Positions 63,514 through 64,000 of a stretch of DNA of 64,000 nucleotides are shown here, piece by piece. The stretch lies in the sequence record NC_061451.1. One strand, written 5' to 3'. The notes under the pieces are model-generated. The model was given only the letters and a program-made list of their open reading frames with translations. It had not been told where the DNA came from and made no database searches. The position numbers were made by a program, and so were the translations under genes. Each line of letters opens with the position of its first letter. Within the stretch, counting starts at the first letter, position 1.

Positions 63514-64000
63514 TAACTTCATTACTCTTGAGCAATATCGCGCGATGATCGAACGCAACATCCTGACCGAACCCGCGATGTTAGTCAAGAACCAGACTCA
63601 GCCGCTTGGGCGAATCATCTTCCAAGCGCTGGGCGACAACATGCAGATGAAGGACATCATTGTTCCTGACTCTCGCAACGCGATTGACCTGACGCAGCAA
63701 GCGCCGCTGTCTAACCTGCTGGCCAGCTCGCAACTCAAGTCGCTGATTCAGCTTCGCCGTCTGGTAATCTTGAATCCGGATGATATGCCTGCACCAGAGC
63801 AAGGCATTAAGAAGCCTACTCTGTCGCAAGAGCCCGTTGCTGGCGCTACCTCGATCGATGGTACTACGATTCCAAACGCGACTGTTATCGTTGAGCAAAA
63901 CGGTAACGTCTGGACTGGTACTTCGAACGGTAGCGGTGCTTTCACTGTTGACGTGTCCGGACTTGCAGAAGGTCCATTCAGCGTAACAGTTACAGCCGAC
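63506..64000 (+). CDS. Ig-like-domain virion protein (partial)
   Basis: ATG 63506 with GGAG RBS; open to the window edge; GTTIPNATVIV...WTGTSNGSGAFTV is an Ig-like motif. Confidence 0.7.
   Translation, partial: MSDNFITLEQYRAMIERNILTEPAMLVKNQTQPLGRIIFQALGDNMQMKDIIVPDSRNAIDLTQQAPLSNLLASSQLKSLIQLRRLVILNPDDMPAPEQGIKKPTLSQEPVAGATSIDGTTIPNATVIVEQNGNVWTGTSNGSGAFTVDVSGLAEGPFSVTVTAD

Noticed and set aside
1-64000. CRISPR or TIGR-like repeat-spacer arrays, DGR template/variable repeats, retron
   Set aside because: No regularly spaced repeats and no reverse transcriptase. The 3.5 kb/8.9 kb duplicated domain differs at all four bases rather than only at adenines. The recurring repeats are dispersed terminators
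1-64000. Alternative genetic code (stop-codon recoding)
   Set aside because: Long genes are uninterrupted under code 11, and TAA, TAG and TGA are all used as real stops

Overview
A 64-kb internal segment of a large lytic myovirus (jumbo-phage-type) genome. It uses the standard genetic code, and genes lie on the minus strand except the last ~2 kb. Gene content suggests the Alexandra/AD1/JA11/Yoloswag-like jumbo phages of Enterobacterales (inference, not a database result). Order along the window: tail-fibre/Ig-repeat genes and tail sheath (1-11.2 kb); a replication block (DHH phosphoesterase, J-domain protein, degenerate AAA+, SF2 helicase, beta-clamp-like protein, family A DNA polymerase with a UDG-like N-terminus; 11.3-22.6 kb); Lys/Ala-rich proteins, a 1944-aa SNF2 ATPase, HNH, putative head/neck proteins and an H1-like protein (22.6-38.4 kb); SbcD and SbcC separated by SLOG, Tlde1-like and GH108 lysin genes; an R-S-E ADP-ribosyltransferase; DnaX; and RuvC. 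No tRNA, CRISPR array, intron or intein was seen. The strongest candidates for undescribed biology are: (1) a shared N-terminal signal (hydrophobic-x-[IVL]-[SN]-[LFT]-[SA], often with S-x-S-A) on about 10 mostly unrelated proteins, including the ART and the giant SNF2, resembling a capsid-targeting/prohead-protease tag; (2) a protein whose C-terminal half resembles the TnpB REC/WED lobes, cut exactly before RuvC; (3) a ~370-nt helix-dense non-coding region behind its own promoter-like motif; (4) a second, divergent PolA-fold polymerase, upstream of several apparent pseudoenzymes; (5) two recurring promoter-like motifs (CTGTAAA and TAATTT) that sort largely by gene class. All domain calls come from motif recognition by eye.
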